Part shown: one piece after another, positions 1 through 9,741 of the stretch
Position numbering within the stretch: the stretch's first letter is position 1
How the letters are laid out: the number at the start of each line of letters is the position of its first letter
NCBI GenBank assembly: GCA_963674825.1
Contig: OY771587.1
Span: 800,001-864,000, forward strand
Length of the DNA stretch: 64,000 nucleotides
Source of the DNA: Candidatus Cloacimonadales bacterium
GTDB taxonomy: Bacteria; Cloacimonadota; Cloacimonadia; Cloacimonadales; JAIOQZ01
Reading direction: 5' to 3'
The notes under the pieces: generated by a model
Told to the model about the DNA's origin: nothing
Databases searched by the model: none
What the model saw: only the letters and a program-made list of their open reading frames with translations
Made by a program: the position numbers and the translations under genes

Positions 1-13
1 GCAAAAGCCGAAA

Positions 14-2467
14 TTACTTTACCATCATCATCTTTTTGACAAAGGATCGGCTACCTGTCTGCATACGGAGGTAGTAGATACCGGTCGATGCAGATTTACC
101 GTAATCGTCGCGTCCATTCCAGGTAACGGTGTGATTCCCCGAATCGAAACGCTGGCTGACCAGCGAACGAACCTTCTGACCGCGCACATTGAATATATCA
201 AGTTTCACTACAGAAGGATTCTGAAGCGAGAATCGGATGTTCGTCTCAGGGTTGAACGGGTTTGGGTAGATCGAAGAAATACCTGTCAGAACCGGTGCTT
301 CAGGCATTTCGCCGGTCGCAACACCTTCAAATACGAAATCGACCGTCGCCAGCTCGGATTGTCCCGTCTCGAATACTGCCAGAACACCAGCAGTATAGCT
401 CTCATCAATAGTAAGCGAATCGGGATTGAATGTATAGGTGGTATCTGTCGTCGATGCCACATATTCACCATCCAGATACACTTCGTACTCCTGTAGATAT
501 CGATAATACGGCGATTGCCAGGTAAAGACCGCTTCCGTCGTACATGCGGGATTCAATGGGGGCGTTATCGTTTCCGTCATATCGACATTTATCTGGAAGT
601 TTGAAAGTATCTCGACATTATTGAGCGTCCAGGTATCGAGGTCGGTGCGCATCGCAACGAGATCGTAGTATCCAGGATAGACGTCCGTCGCAATGGCGAT
701 TCCATCAGCACCGGTCTCTACTTCAAATGTATAAAGGCTGTCAGCGGTAGCGCCGTACACGGTAACACCTTCGTTTGTGCTCGTACCTGTCGCAAATGTT
801 AGCGATATTTCCAGTTGTTCCATGATGGTCAAATCCATCTCGAGCATCTGGTTGCTTGCCAGCTCGATTTCTTCAACTGAGCCATCGAAATATCCTTCGC
901 CAGTGAAGCTGAGCCCATAGGTTCCTGCATCCAGACCGTAGAATTGGTAGAATCCTTCACTGTTTGTCGTGAATGTATGGCCACCAGGGGTTAGAACAAC
1001 CTCCACCCCATTCACCGGCTGGCCATTCTGATCGGATACGATGCCCATGATACCTGTTGCCGAACCGGCAGTGAAGTAGAACGTCGTATTGGGGAAGAAA
1101 TCGACCACCGTACCGTCTTCAGGATCGTTCGGATCTGTTTCCACAGTATCGTGTTGCCAGCGGATTGTACGGCTAGGGTATTGGTCAGCATCTTCAGAAA
1201 TGTAAAATTTATCGGTATCGCTATAGTAATCATCTTCAAATGGGCGCATCACCAGCATGACAAGATTACCGCCATTGTAAAAATAGGCTTCGTCCAACGG
1301 AATCTGTACCGCGTTTTCTCCGGGCGGGAAGTTGATAACTCCATCAAACACCTGCGTCAATTCGCCGGCAGGAATCCATCCGGCTGATAGGTCTGAAAGA
1401 GTCGTTTCACCCATCCAGATAACGACCGGCTTGCTGGGCATCGAGCTCGTAAAGTTGTTGTAGTATTCGATCGTATTGATTGCGCCTGTTACCTGAAGCT
1501 CTTCAGGATAGTACATGGTTTCGGTGAGACTTGTCTTGTAGAAGAAATTCAGCGGCACGCGGTAGCTGGAATTGGTTCCGTCGCCAACGCTGATGACAAT
1601 TGTCCCATACGGATGCACGGTAACCGGAAAGAGCGCCGAGAGATTGTTGTCGGGATTCTCGTCATTCGCGAGAACCACCTCAGCACGAAGGTTGTAGTCA
1701 CCGGTTTCTTCCGGTGTCCATTCCAGCACGTAAGCTTGTTCTTCATTCAATTCCAGCGCAACACCGTCAACCTCGTCGATCACGGTTCCGTCTTCCAAAA
1801 GAAGCTTTACTGTATAATCGTCCTGGGCTAAAGCCCCCACATTACGCACCGTCACGCTGTATTCATAAGGATCGCCCACTGATGGGTTCTCCGTTCCATC
1901 GACTGATACGGCCATAAGATCGTTGTCATATTCCGGACCAAGCGTTTCCACCGTAATATCGTCCAGACAGACACCCCATCCATATTTTGCAACACCTTCA
2001 AACGCGATACGGCTATTTGCAGAACCATCGGGCAGTGAGATTTCTTCCTGAGTCCAGTCGGGTATATCACCTGTCCAGCTGGCTAACAACGTCCATGCGC
2101 TGCCACTGTTCTCCTGGAAATAGACGTAAAGCTCATCCTGGTCGGATGACCATAGCCCCTGCGTATGCCAGAATCTCAGAATCGAGCCGGTACCAGAGAT
2201 ATTGAAAGTCGGCGTGATGAGACGTGTAGTTTCAGCATTAGCGCTATCCAGGTAGAGAAGCGCGTTGTACGTGCCGGTATGCGCTTCGGGAGGATTGTCG
2301 CTATGTCCACCGGTATCGTACACCCAATCGAGATCACCGGACACATATTCCTGCGACCACCCATCGGGTAACGCTCCGCCCTCGAAGCCCTCTTCCACTA
2401 CGTACGATTGACTATAAAGCGCTACAGTCATTAACAAAGCCAGTATGATGGTTCCAATTCTCATCAT
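14..2467 (-). CDS. Secreted multidomain protein (MAM/choice-of-anchor J-like, CARDB, carboxypeptidase-regulatory-like domains) with C-terminal FlgD-Ig/T9SS-like domain
   Basis: Start moved to ATG 2467 (RBS AAGGAGGG, signal peptide MMRIGTIILALL...); C-terminus YPNPFNPET...WNGRDD..GIYY...KKMMMVK. Confidence 0.8.
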   Translation of the reverse strand: MMRIGTIILALLMTVALYSQSYVVEEGFEGGALPDGWSQEYVSGDLDWVYDTGGHSDNPPEAHTGTYNALLYLDSANAETTRLITPTFNISGTGSILRFWHTQGLWSSDQDELYVYFQENSGSAWTLLASWTGDIPDWTQEEISLPDGSANSRIAFEGVAKYGWGVCLDDITVETLGPEYDNDLMAVSVDGTENPSVGDPYEYSVTVRNVGALAQDDYTVKLLLEDGTVIDEVDGVALELNEEQAYVLEWTPEETGDYNLRAEVVLANDENPDNNLSALFPVTVHPYGTIVISVGDGTNSSYRVPLNFFYKTSLTETMYYPEELQVTGAINTIEYYNNFTSSMPSKPVVIWMGETTLSDLSAGWIPAGELTQVFDGVINFPPGENAVQIPLDEAYFYNGGNLVMLVMRPFEDDYYSDTDKFYISEDADQYPSRTIRWQHDTVETDPNDPEDGTVVDFFPNTTFYFTAGSATGIMGIVSDQNGQPVNGVEVVLTPGGHTFTTNSEGFYQFYGLDAGTYGLSFTGEGYFDGSVEEIELASNQMLEMDLTIMEQLEISLTFATGTSTNEGVTVYGATADSLYTFEVETGADGIAIATDVYPGYYDLVAMRTDLDTWTLNNVEILSNFQINVDMTETITPPLNPACTTEAVFTWQSPYYRYLQEYEVYLDGEYVASTTDTTYTFNPDSLTIDESYTAGVLAVFETGQSELATVDFVFEGVATGEMPEAPVLTGISSIYPNPFNPETNIRFSLQNPSVVKLDIFNVRGQKVRSLVSQRFDSGNHTVTWNGRDDYGKSASTGIYYLRMQTGSRSFVKKMMMVK

Positions 2468-2641
2468 GCTCCCTCCTTTTCCTGGGATCCTATATTTATT
2501 CATAATTTGTGCAATTTTCATTCCGCTATTCAGCCAATCCAACCTGACACAGGTCGCGAAAGCAGGCAAGGATTTTCGGTCGGAAGGAAAAAAAGTTTAC
2601 ATGCGCAAGATTGGCAGAATGATTGACCTCAAGGAGTATTT

Positions 2642-3118
2642 ATGCAGCGTACAGACATCAATAACGCACTGCCTCTGATCAAGCACCCGGCAAAAATCGC
2701 TCTGGCAGTATGCAAGAAACCGGATGGAAAGTTCAATGCGATTACCCTCGAGTGGTTCATGCGAACATCCATCAATCCGCTCATTTTCGCCATCTCGATC
2801 GGGCATACTCGCTACAGCTACGAATGCCTGCAAAACACGGGGCATTTCAACCTGGTAATCCCATCGCGCAAGATGCGGGACTTCACCGTACTCTGCGGAT
2901 CCAAGTCAGGCAGGGACATCGACAAATTCGAGCATTGCGAGCACAGCACATTCGCCGGAAGGCTGGCAAAGCTGCCGATCGTACGGGACGCGCTATGCAA
3001 TCTCGAGTGCGAGATCGTAACGCAGGTTCGCACCGGTGACCACACAATCTTCGCGGGTGAAGTGAAGTACGCCTGGATCGACTCCGAACAAGAAATCCTA
3101 CTGGTGGAACACTTATGA
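2642..3118 (+). CDS. Flavin reductase family protein
   Basis: LCGSKSGRDIDKF, LECEI...GDHTIFAGEV motifs; RBS AAGGAG. Confidence 0.85.
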   Translation: MQRTDINNALPLIKHPAKIALAVCKKPDGKFNAITLEWFMRTSINPLIFAISIGHTRYSYECLQNTGHFNLVIPSRKMRDFTVLCGSKSGRDIDKFEHCEHSTFAGRLAKLPIVRDALCNLECEIVTQVRTGDHTIFAGEVKYAWIDSEQEILLVEHL

Positions 3119-3531
3119 CAACGCAACTCATTTACACCATAGACGAGAAGATTTTCAATCAGGTCGCACATATATGGCTGGTGACCGGCGTTGGAAAACC
3201 CGAACGCGGCGATACGCTCGAGCTCGTGGAGCGAACGCTCAAGCACGGCGGAAGATTTCTCACTATGCTTGAAGATGGTGAGGCCGTCGGGACAGCCTGG
3301 ATCACAAACGACAGCAGACGCCTATACTTGCATCACATGGCAGTTCTGCCTGAAAAACAAGGCCAGGGCTATGGGCAGCTTCTTCTGGAAGAAGCAATCG
3401 GTATCGCTGACGCGATGGGTATGCAGATGAAGCTTGAGGTTCATTGCGACAACGCCCCGGCACGGCACATCTATCGCAAGGCGGGATTTGTGGATGATCT
3501 CGAAGCTTACCGTGTGATGATCAGGAGATAA
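3115..3531 (+). CDS. GNAT family N-acetyltransferase
   Basis: Motif A MAVLPEKQGQGYG; N.PA..IYRKAGF. Confidence 0.85.
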   Translation: MTTQLIYTIDEKIFNQVAHIWLVTGVGKPERGDTLELVERTLKHGGRFLTMLEDGEAVGTAWITNDSRRLYLHHMAVLPEKQGQGYGQLLLEEAIGIADAMGMQMKLEVHCDNAPARHIYRKAGFVDDLEAYRVMIRR

Positions 3532-3533
3532 AT

Positions 3534-4511
3534 TTGGAGAATATCCGCAAGATTCTCATCATCCAATATGAGCCATTCGGTGACGTGCTGCTGAACACCG
3601 GCTATCTTCCCTTCTTGCGAAAGAAATTCCCAAAAGCCAGAATCGTCTTCCTCGTCCGGCATCCGTTCAACATCGCGCTGGAAGGGAATCCCGACATCGA
3701 CGAACTGAAAGTGTTCAAGAAGGGTCGCGGAATCGGCTATTTATTCTCCAGGTTTGGGCTGTTCGCATGGATTTGCGGCCAACGATTCGACATGGTGATC
3801 GACCAGATGCGCGGAACCGGCAGTGCACAGATGACGTTTTTCAGCTTCGCCCGGTACCGGGTTGGCTGGCAGAATAGCCGTCTGACCTTTGTTTACAATA
3901 TCACCGCCCCGGAAGGAAAGCCGCGCTATTCTGCAGCGCTTAAGTTCGATCTTCTGAAACCACTCGGTATTGATGAGCAACCCTTCAAGCTGTTCTACCA
4001 CATCAAAGAAAAATCGTTTGAGTATATCGACAGCTGGTTGAGCGAAAACAAGATCTCCGAATTTATCTGCATCGCACCCGGCAGCCCGGTCCCGAAGAAG
4101 AAGTGGAATCCCAAATGTTTCGCTGAGGTTGCAGATTTTATTGTGGAACAACAAGGCACACCGGTCGTTCTACTTGGTAGTCCGTCCGAACAGGGCGACC
4201 TGAAAAACGTGGCATCGAAAATGAAGCATCGACCTTACTATGCTCCGCCAACGGATTTCAACCAGGCGGCCGCTATGCTGAAACGCGCAAAACTGCTAGT
4301 CTGCAACGACGGTGGCATGAACCACCTGTGCGTCACGACCGGAACACCGGCTCTTTCCATCTTCGGCAGAACGAAACCGGTCAACTGGTGCCCTTCGATG
4401 ATGGGAAATTATCGCTGCATGCATGTGCCGAATCATCCGCAGGACGATGAGAAGCTTTTCGGCGTCACGTCGCATATGGTTATTGAAAATATACGTGAAA
4501 TGCTTGAGTAA
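3534..4511 (+). CDS. Glycosyltransferase family 9 (LPS heptosyltransferase-like)
   Basis: ILII...FGDVLL, PGS..PKKKW, LVCNDGGMNHL..T.GTP.LSIFG motifs; TTG start. Confidence 0.85.
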   Translation: MENIRKILIIQYEPFGDVLLNTGYLPFLRKKFPKARIVFLVRHPFNIALEGNPDIDELKVFKKGRGIGYLFSRFGLFAWICGQRFDMVIDQMRGTGSAQMTFFSFARYRVGWQNSRLTFVYNITAPEGKPRYSAALKFDLLKPLGIDEQPFKLFYHIKEKSFEYIDSWLSENKISEFICIAPGSPVPKKKWNPKCFAEVADFIVEQQGTPVVLLGSPSEQGDLKNVASKMKHRPYYAPPTDFNQAAAMLKRAKLLVCNDGGMNHLCVTTGTPALSIFGRTKPVNWCPSMMGNYRCMHVPNHPQDDEKLFGVTSHMVIENIREMLE

Positions 4512-4555
4512 TACACTGTGGACAATAGAATAGACTAAAATCTAGGAGATGCCCG

Positions 4556-5035
4556 ATGAAACGAATTATGATGATTTCTATTTTATTCAGCCTCAGCATT
4601 GTGATGTTGAGCGCAAAAACGATCCCGATCTATAACTTCGATGATCTGATGGATGCATTGAAGCAAGGCGAGCAAGTTCGAGTTGTTATCCACTATGGTG
4701 ATTGCCAATTGATCAGTGATAACGAAGTCAAGACATACGCACCCAATGCCATAGGCGGCATGGAAATAGCTACATGGGAATATTTCGCACCCATGATGAT
4801 GGGCAACCCGAACGGGTTTATCGTTTGTTCCGAAGCCAAGCTGATCGAAAATCCAATAAATGATGGTTATGCATACAATTACGTGAAACTTCGGATTTCG
4901 GACGACAACAAAGTCAAGCTGTCAGCTCGTTATCTTGGAACTACGGAGTTGGACGAGCAAATGGATGAAGCATTCCATAGCAAGATCAACGACGGTAAAA
5001 ACGACGGAGCAGTATATCTGTTTCGGGCTGATTAG
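4556..5035 (+). CDS. VirK-family exported protein
   Basis: Signal peptide; LMDALKQGEQVRVVIHYGDC...GGMEI pattern resembles the VirK family. Confidence 0.65.
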   Translation: MKRIMMISILFSLSIVMLSAKTIPIYNFDDLMDALKQGEQVRVVIHYGDCQLISDNEVKTYAPNAIGGMEIATWEYFAPMMMGNPNGFIVCSEAKLIENPINDGYAYNYVKLRISDDNKVKLSARYLGTTELDEQMDEAFHSKINDGKNDGAVYLFRAD

Positions 5036-5046
5036 GCTGGTTTACT

Positions 5047-5190
5047 ATGAAAAAGTGGTTTATCGTAGGTGTCGTGTCGACCATCGTCGCGATGATCGGT
5101 CAGGGAATCGCCGGGTTTGCCGGCAGTCTGATCGGTGGCATCATCGGACTGGTCCTCGGCTATATATTTTACTACAAGTTCCTTTCGTAG
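5047..5190 (+). CDS. Small glycine-rich membrane protein (47 aa), absent from the ORF track
   Basis: ATG 5047 to TAG 5190: MKKWFIVGVVSTIVAMIGQGIAGFAGSLIGGIIGLVLGYIFYYKFLS; fills the gap between the VirK-like gene and the convergent GNAT. Confidence 0.6.
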   Translation: MKKWFIVGVVSTIVAMIGQGIAGFAGSLIGGIIGLVLGYIFYYKFLS

Positions 5191-5627
5191 ATCCTGGTTG
5201 GTGAGCCGTCCAGTTCGTAACCGTCCTCGATTCTCACCCACTCATAGCGTTCGTAATATCCATCCAGATCGGTGGTGAGATACATTTTCTCAAAGCCTAT
5301 CTTTTTCGCGTCCTGCGCACCGCGATCCATCATCATGCTGCCCAGTTTCTGCCCTCGGTGTTCCTTCTCCACAAACACGCAGGCAAACCACGGGTACAGG
5401 TCGTGCCGGCTGATGAAGTCGTTGACGATCAGTGCGCTACAACCGCAGATCTCGTTGTCCTTCATGATGAGGTAAAACACCGGCAGATGCGTGGCATCGA
5501 CCGAGGAATTCTTCACGGCGTCCAGATAGAACGGAAAATTGGTGGGTCTTCCCCACTTGCCGTGGATGTAACGCGCGGCAGCCTCGATGCCTTCGCAGTA
5601 TTCATAGGCGTTGATGATTCGGTACAT
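5172..5627 (-). CDS. GNAT family N-acetyltransferase
   Basis: Start moved to ATG 5627 (RBS AGGAGG); PWFACVFVEKEHRGQKLG; YLTTD..GYYERY. Confidence 0.85.
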   Translation of the reverse strand: MYRIINAYEYCEGIEAAARYIHGKWGRPTNFPFYLDAVKNSSVDATHLPVFYLIMKDNEICGCSALIVNDFISRHDLYPWFACVFVEKEHRGQKLGSMMMDRGAQDAKKIGFEKMYLTTDLDGYYERYEWVRIEDGYELDGSPTRIYERNL

Positions 5628-5780
5628 TGTGCCTCCTATAATGTGTACGACTGACAATATCGGAAATCAACTGTCAAGTCTGTTTCAACTCTCTCCTCTT
5701 GATCTTCATCGAAAACCATTGACACCATGAAGACTCGTTTCATATTGTAATGCAATTATAAATCAAGAAAGGGGTCGTAC

Positions 5781-6908
5781 ATGGAACCGAAAGGCATCAT
5801 CGAATATTTTATCGATCTGATCCGGATCGACAGTGAATCGAAGAACGAAAAGGAAGTAGCGACACGCATCGCGGACGACCTGATCGACATGGGCGCGGAA
5901 GTGCATTTTGACAGCGCGCACGAGAAAACCGGCGGAAATGTTGGCAATCTCTACGCACGATTCAAAGGTGATATAGACAAAGCGCCGATTCTCTTCTGCG
6001 CGCATATGGATACAGTTAAACCAGGCAACGGCATCACGCCAGTTATCGAAGCTGGAACAATCCATACAGATGGCACCACGATCCTGGGATCTGACGACAA
6101 ATCGGGTATTGCACAGATTGTCTGTGCCATCCAGGAACTGCAACAAGCCGGCGAGAAACTCCCACCCATCGAAATCTTTTTCACTATCTCGGAAGAGATC
6201 GGTCTCCTCGGTGCCAAGCACGCCAACTACAGATGGTTCCAGTCAAAGATGGGCTACGCACTCGATTCTCACACTGTTGGCGAATTCATGGTTGCAGCAC
6301 CGTCGCAGAACTCCATCCGCTACGTCATTTACGGTAAGGAAGCGCATGCAGGCGCTGAGCCGGAACAGGGCGTCAACGCGATCAAGATCGCGGCGAATGC
6401 CATCGCCAAGATGAAACTGGGCAGGATTGACGAAGAAACCACCTGCAATATCGGTATCATCGAAGGCGGACTGGCCACCAACATCGTCCCCAACCGTGTC
6501 GTCGTCAAAGGTGAAGCTCGCAGCCACGACCCGAAGAAGCTCGAAGCGATCACCCAGCAGATGACGGATGCCCTGAAAGAAGCCCTTGAAGAAGCAAAAA
6601 CCGATTTCTTCACGCCTTCGGCAGATGTCCACGTACACAATGAATACCAGTCGTTCTGCGTTGCCGACGACGCCGAAGTGACTCTTCTGGCCGTCGAAGC
6701 ATCGAAGAATGCCGGACTCTCGCCACGCACCTATCGTGGAGGTGGCGGAAGCGATGCTAACATTATCGGTAAGCACGGAATCGAAATGATTGTCGGTGGA
6801 ACCGGTATGGACAAGGTGCATACTGTGAACGAGTGTATCAAGGTCAGCGATCTCGAAAACGGCTGCAAATGGGTCAAGGAAGTGATCCGCCTCTACGCAG
6901 CGAAGTGA
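5781..6908 (+). CDS. M20 family metallopeptidase (PepT-like)
   Basis: AHMDTV, DGTTILGSDDKSG, SEEIGL, GGGSDAN, HTVNE motifs. Confidence 0.9.
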   Translation: MEPKGIIEYFIDLIRIDSESKNEKEVATRIADDLIDMGAEVHFDSAHEKTGGNVGNLYARFKGDIDKAPILFCAHMDTVKPGNGITPVIEAGTIHTDGTTILGSDDKSGIAQIVCAIQELQQAGEKLPPIEIFFTISEEIGLLGAKHANYRWFQSKMGYALDSHTVGEFMVAAPSQNSIRYVIYGKEAHAGAEPEQGVNAIKIAANAIAKMKLGRIDEETTCNIGIIEGGLATNIVPNRVVVKGEARSHDPKKLEAITQQMTDALKEALEEAKTDFFTPSADVHVHNEYQSFCVADDAEVTLLAVEASKNAGLSPRTYRGGGGSDANIIGKHGIEMIVGGTGMDKVHTVNECIKVSDLENGCKWVKEVIRLYAAK

Positions 6909-6915
6909 GGCTGAC

Positions 6916-7650
6916 GTGCTTAAAATTGCACTGATCGGCTACGGCCAGATGGGAAAGATTCTGGAACGTCTCGCCCCAAAAAACGGCTGCGAGGTGGTCG
7001 CGATCATCGATCCGCATCATCCCGATTATCCCTCCGAGATCACACCTGAGACACTCAAAGACGCATCCGTATGCATCGAATTCACGCAACCAGGCGCAGT
7101 ACTGGACAACATCAAAGCCATCGCTGCCTGCGGACGCAACATGGTTATTGGCACAACAGGTTGGAAGCTTGATGAGGCCAAACTGGATCAAAACCAGATC
7201 GGCATGGTACACGGATCGAATTTCTCTGTTGGCATGAACGCCATGTATATGATCGTAGAAGCTGCAGCGAAAATCATGAACGCACTTCCTGAGTACGATC
7301 CCTATGGCTACGAGCTGCATCATAGACTCAAGAAAGACAGCCCTTCGGGTACCGCCAAGACGCTCGCGCAAATTCTTCTAAACCGAATCGACCGAAAGAA
7401 TCGCTGCGAATTCGATAAGCTCGATCGCGAGATCGAAGTCGATGAGCTGCATTTCAGCAGCACACGTGCCGGCAGTATTCCCGGCGAGCATGTTATCGGA
7501 TTTGATTCACCTGCTGATTCCGTTCGGATCGTCCACACGGCACGCAATCGTGAAGGCTTTGCGATGGGTGCGCTCAGGGCCGCGAAATGGATCGACGGTG
7601 TCACGGGAATCTACGATTTCCGCGAGATTTTTCGGGAGCTTGTGATATGA
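6916..7650 (+). CDS. dapB: 4-hydroxy-tetrahydrodipicolinate reductase
   Basis: GYGQMG, VIGTTG, NFSVG, EL-HH-RLKKDSPSGTA. Confidence 0.95.
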   Translation: MLKIALIGYGQMGKILERLAPKNGCEVVAIIDPHHPDYPSEITPETLKDASVCIEFTQPGAVLDNIKAIAACGRNMVIGTTGWKLDEAKLDQNQIGMVHGSNFSVGMNAMYMIVEAAAKIMNALPEYDPYGYELHHRLKKDSPSGTAKTLAQILLNRIDRKNRCEFDKLDREIEVDELHFSSTRAGSIPGEHVIGFDSPADSVRIVHTARNREGFAMGALRAAKWIDGVTGIYDFREIFRELVI

Positions 7651-8441
7651 ACCTTACGTTTTTCAAGATGCAGGCCCAGGGAAACGATTATATCTACTTC
7701 GATTTCACCAGCGAAAAGGCACCAGACATCTCATTCAACGAACTCGCGGCTGCGCTTTCGGATCGTCGCTATGGCATTGGATCCGATGGAATCGTATTGA
7801 TTCTTCCGCCTGACGACACCCGAAACGATGTTCGCATGCGAATCTTCAACGCGGACGGTTCCGAAGCCGAACTATGCGGCACAGCGCTTCGCTGCGTCAC
7901 CGGATGGCTGGGCAAGAGGCTTGATCGGCATGAAGTTCGCATCGAGACACTCGCTGGCATCAAAACCGGCTTGATCGTCTCAACCGAACCGAAGCTGATC
8001 ACCAGCGTTTCAATGGGCAAACCGAGACTTGTCGCCGAACGTACGGTGCAGGGAAGTGTCGGACTCGAAATCGATATGGGCAATCCGCATTTTGTTATCT
8101 ACGATGACGAAGGCCCTATCCGTGAAATCATGCGCATAGGACCTGATATTGAACACGATCCGCATTTTTCGCACGGCGTTAACGTGCATTTGGCCGTGGT
8201 GGAAAACAAGACTTCGCTGCACATGGGAACTTGGGAGCGCGGTAGTGGCCCGACCCTGGCGTGCGGCTCCGGTGCTTGTGCGGCAGTTTACGCCGGCATC
8301 CGCCTCGGAAAGCTCTCTGGAAACACAATAAGCGTGCATCAGCCCGGCGGCGTAGTGCAAGTCTCGTACGACGATGAAACCGGCGATATCACCCTCTCCG
8401 GTGAAGTTAGCTTCGTTTTCACGGGCGCAGTAAGGCTTTAA
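7647..8441 (+). CDS. dapF: Diaminopimelate epimerase
   Basis: KM...GNDY, GIGSDG, NADGSEAELCG, GNPH, WERGSGPTLACGSG; ATGA overlap with dapB stop. Confidence 0.93.
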   Translation: MNLTFFKMQAQGNDYIYFDFTSEKAPDISFNELAAALSDRRYGIGSDGIVLILPPDDTRNDVRMRIFNADGSEAELCGTALRCVTGWLGKRLDRHEVRIETLAGIKTGLIVSTEPKLITSVSMGKPRLVAERTVQGSVGLEIDMGNPHFVIYDDEGPIREIMRIGPDIEHDPHFSHGVNVHLAVVENKTSLHMGTWERGSGPTLACGSGACAAVYAGIRLGKLSGNTISVHQPGGVVQVSYDDETGDITLSGEVSFVFTGAVRL

Positions 8442-8464
8442 GCATTATACTATCAATATTGTAA

Positions 8465-8501
8465 GGGGCGGATGTCCTGCACCGCCCCAAATTCTTGTTT
8501 C
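8465..8501 (+). terminator. Putative intrinsic terminator after dapF
   Basis: GGGGCGG-N10-CCGCCCC followed by AAATTCTTGTTT (weak U tract). Confidence 0.45.
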
Positions 8502-8607
8502 CATCCAGCAGCTATTTGTACATGAAAAAAAGCTGGACAGCAGGCATAGTCTTTTTCATATACATGCAACGTGTATTATGAACAGAATCGAGCGCTAAGG
8601 ATTCGTT

Positions 8608-9741
8608 ATGAAAATCAAGAAATTCGTTGCCCCTTCGATGCAGGTGGCAATCGATCAGGTCAAGCGAGAATTCGGCGATGACGCCATTATCCTGAACACC
8701 CGTCAGCTCAAGGACAAAGAGAAGGTCGAAGGCAAGCAGATGGTGGAGATAACCGCCGCCATCGACAAGAAAGAAGAGCAGGCGCAATTCCAGGACTCCA
8801 TGAAGAAACAGGTCGCACGGCCTGTAGAACGCCAAAATCTCTCCAATACCCAATTCAATATCCTGCAGAAGGAAATCGACTTCATCAGCGAGCGACTGGA
8901 CACACTAATCTCGCACATTAAGTACGAAAACCTTCCGCATATTCCCAAATTGCTTCAACAGCGCACCAAGTCGCTTATCAAGAACGGCGTCATGCCTTCG
9001 ATCGCGAACAATATGATCGAGGAGATTCTCTTGAATCTCAAAGGCGAGGAGTTGCTGGAAGCAGATCTGGTCGATGAGAAACTGCTTGGAAAAATCAAGA
9101 ACCGTTTTACGGTAACAGGCCCGGTACGCTTTCATGAAGGCGCACCAAGCGTAATGGTCATCACAGGGCCTACCGGAAGCGGCAAAACGACCTCCATCGC
9201 CAAACTCGCAGCGCTCTATAGCTATAAGTACGGCAAGAAAGTTGCGCTCATCTCCGTGGACAGCTACCGCATAGCCGCCATGGAGCAGCTCAAGGCCTTC
9301 GCGGGAATTGCACGGATAAAGTTTATCGAAGCCTACGACCAGAACGACCTGCTGGCCCGGATGAAGAATCTCGGCGATTATGGTTTGATCATCGTAGATA
9401 CCCCGGGTATCAACCCGCGCGACATGAAGAAGATGGTGTGGCTCAAAGAAACGATCCGCATCACTAAGGCTGACGAAGTGCATCTGGTGCTGAATCTTAC
9501 TACCCGGTTCGAAGACCTCCGGGAGATCGTCAAGAGCTTCAGCATCATTAATTTCAACGGAATGCTTTTTACCAGACTGGACGAATCGACGATCTTCGGC
9601 GACATGTACAACCTTGCCATCGAATTCGAAAAACCGATTTCATACCTTTGCCATGGACAGGATATCCCCGAGGATATCGTGCTGGCCGATCGAAAGGATC
9701 TTGCAATGACGATTTTGAGAGGAAAATATGGAGTTCTTTAA
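8608..9741 (+). CDS. flhF: Flagellar biosynthesis SRP-type GTPase FlhF
   Basis: N-terminal MKIKKF.A..M..A...VK.EFG.DAIIL; GPTGSGKTT, DSYR, DTPG, TRLDE, GQDIPEDI. Confidence 0.92.
   Translation: MKIKKFVAPSMQVAIDQVKREFGDDAIILNTRQLKDKEKVEGKQMVEITAAIDKKEEQAQFQDSMKKQVARPVERQNLSNTQFNILQKEIDFISERLDTLISHIKYENLPHIPKLLQQRTKSLIKNGVMPSIANNMIEEILLNLKGEELLEADLVDEKLLGKIKNRFTVTGPVRFHEGAPSVMVITGPTGSGKTTSIAKLAALYSYKYGKKVALISVDSYRIAAMEQLKAFAGIARIKFIEAYDQNDLLARMKNLGDYGLIIVDTPGINPRDMKKMVWLKETIRITKADEVHLVLNLTTRFEDLREIVKSFSIINFNGMLFTRLDESTIFGDMYNLAIEFEKPISYLCHGQDIPEDIVLADRKDLAMTILRGKYGVL

Noticed and set aside
2612..2630. TGGCAGAATGATTGAC as a sigma-54 promoter
   Set aside because: GA rather than GC at -12, and the start site would fall downstream of the RBS.
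8541..8560. Sigma-54 promoter upstream of flhF (AGGCATAGTCTTTTTCA)
   Set aside because: No GC at the GG-N10 position.
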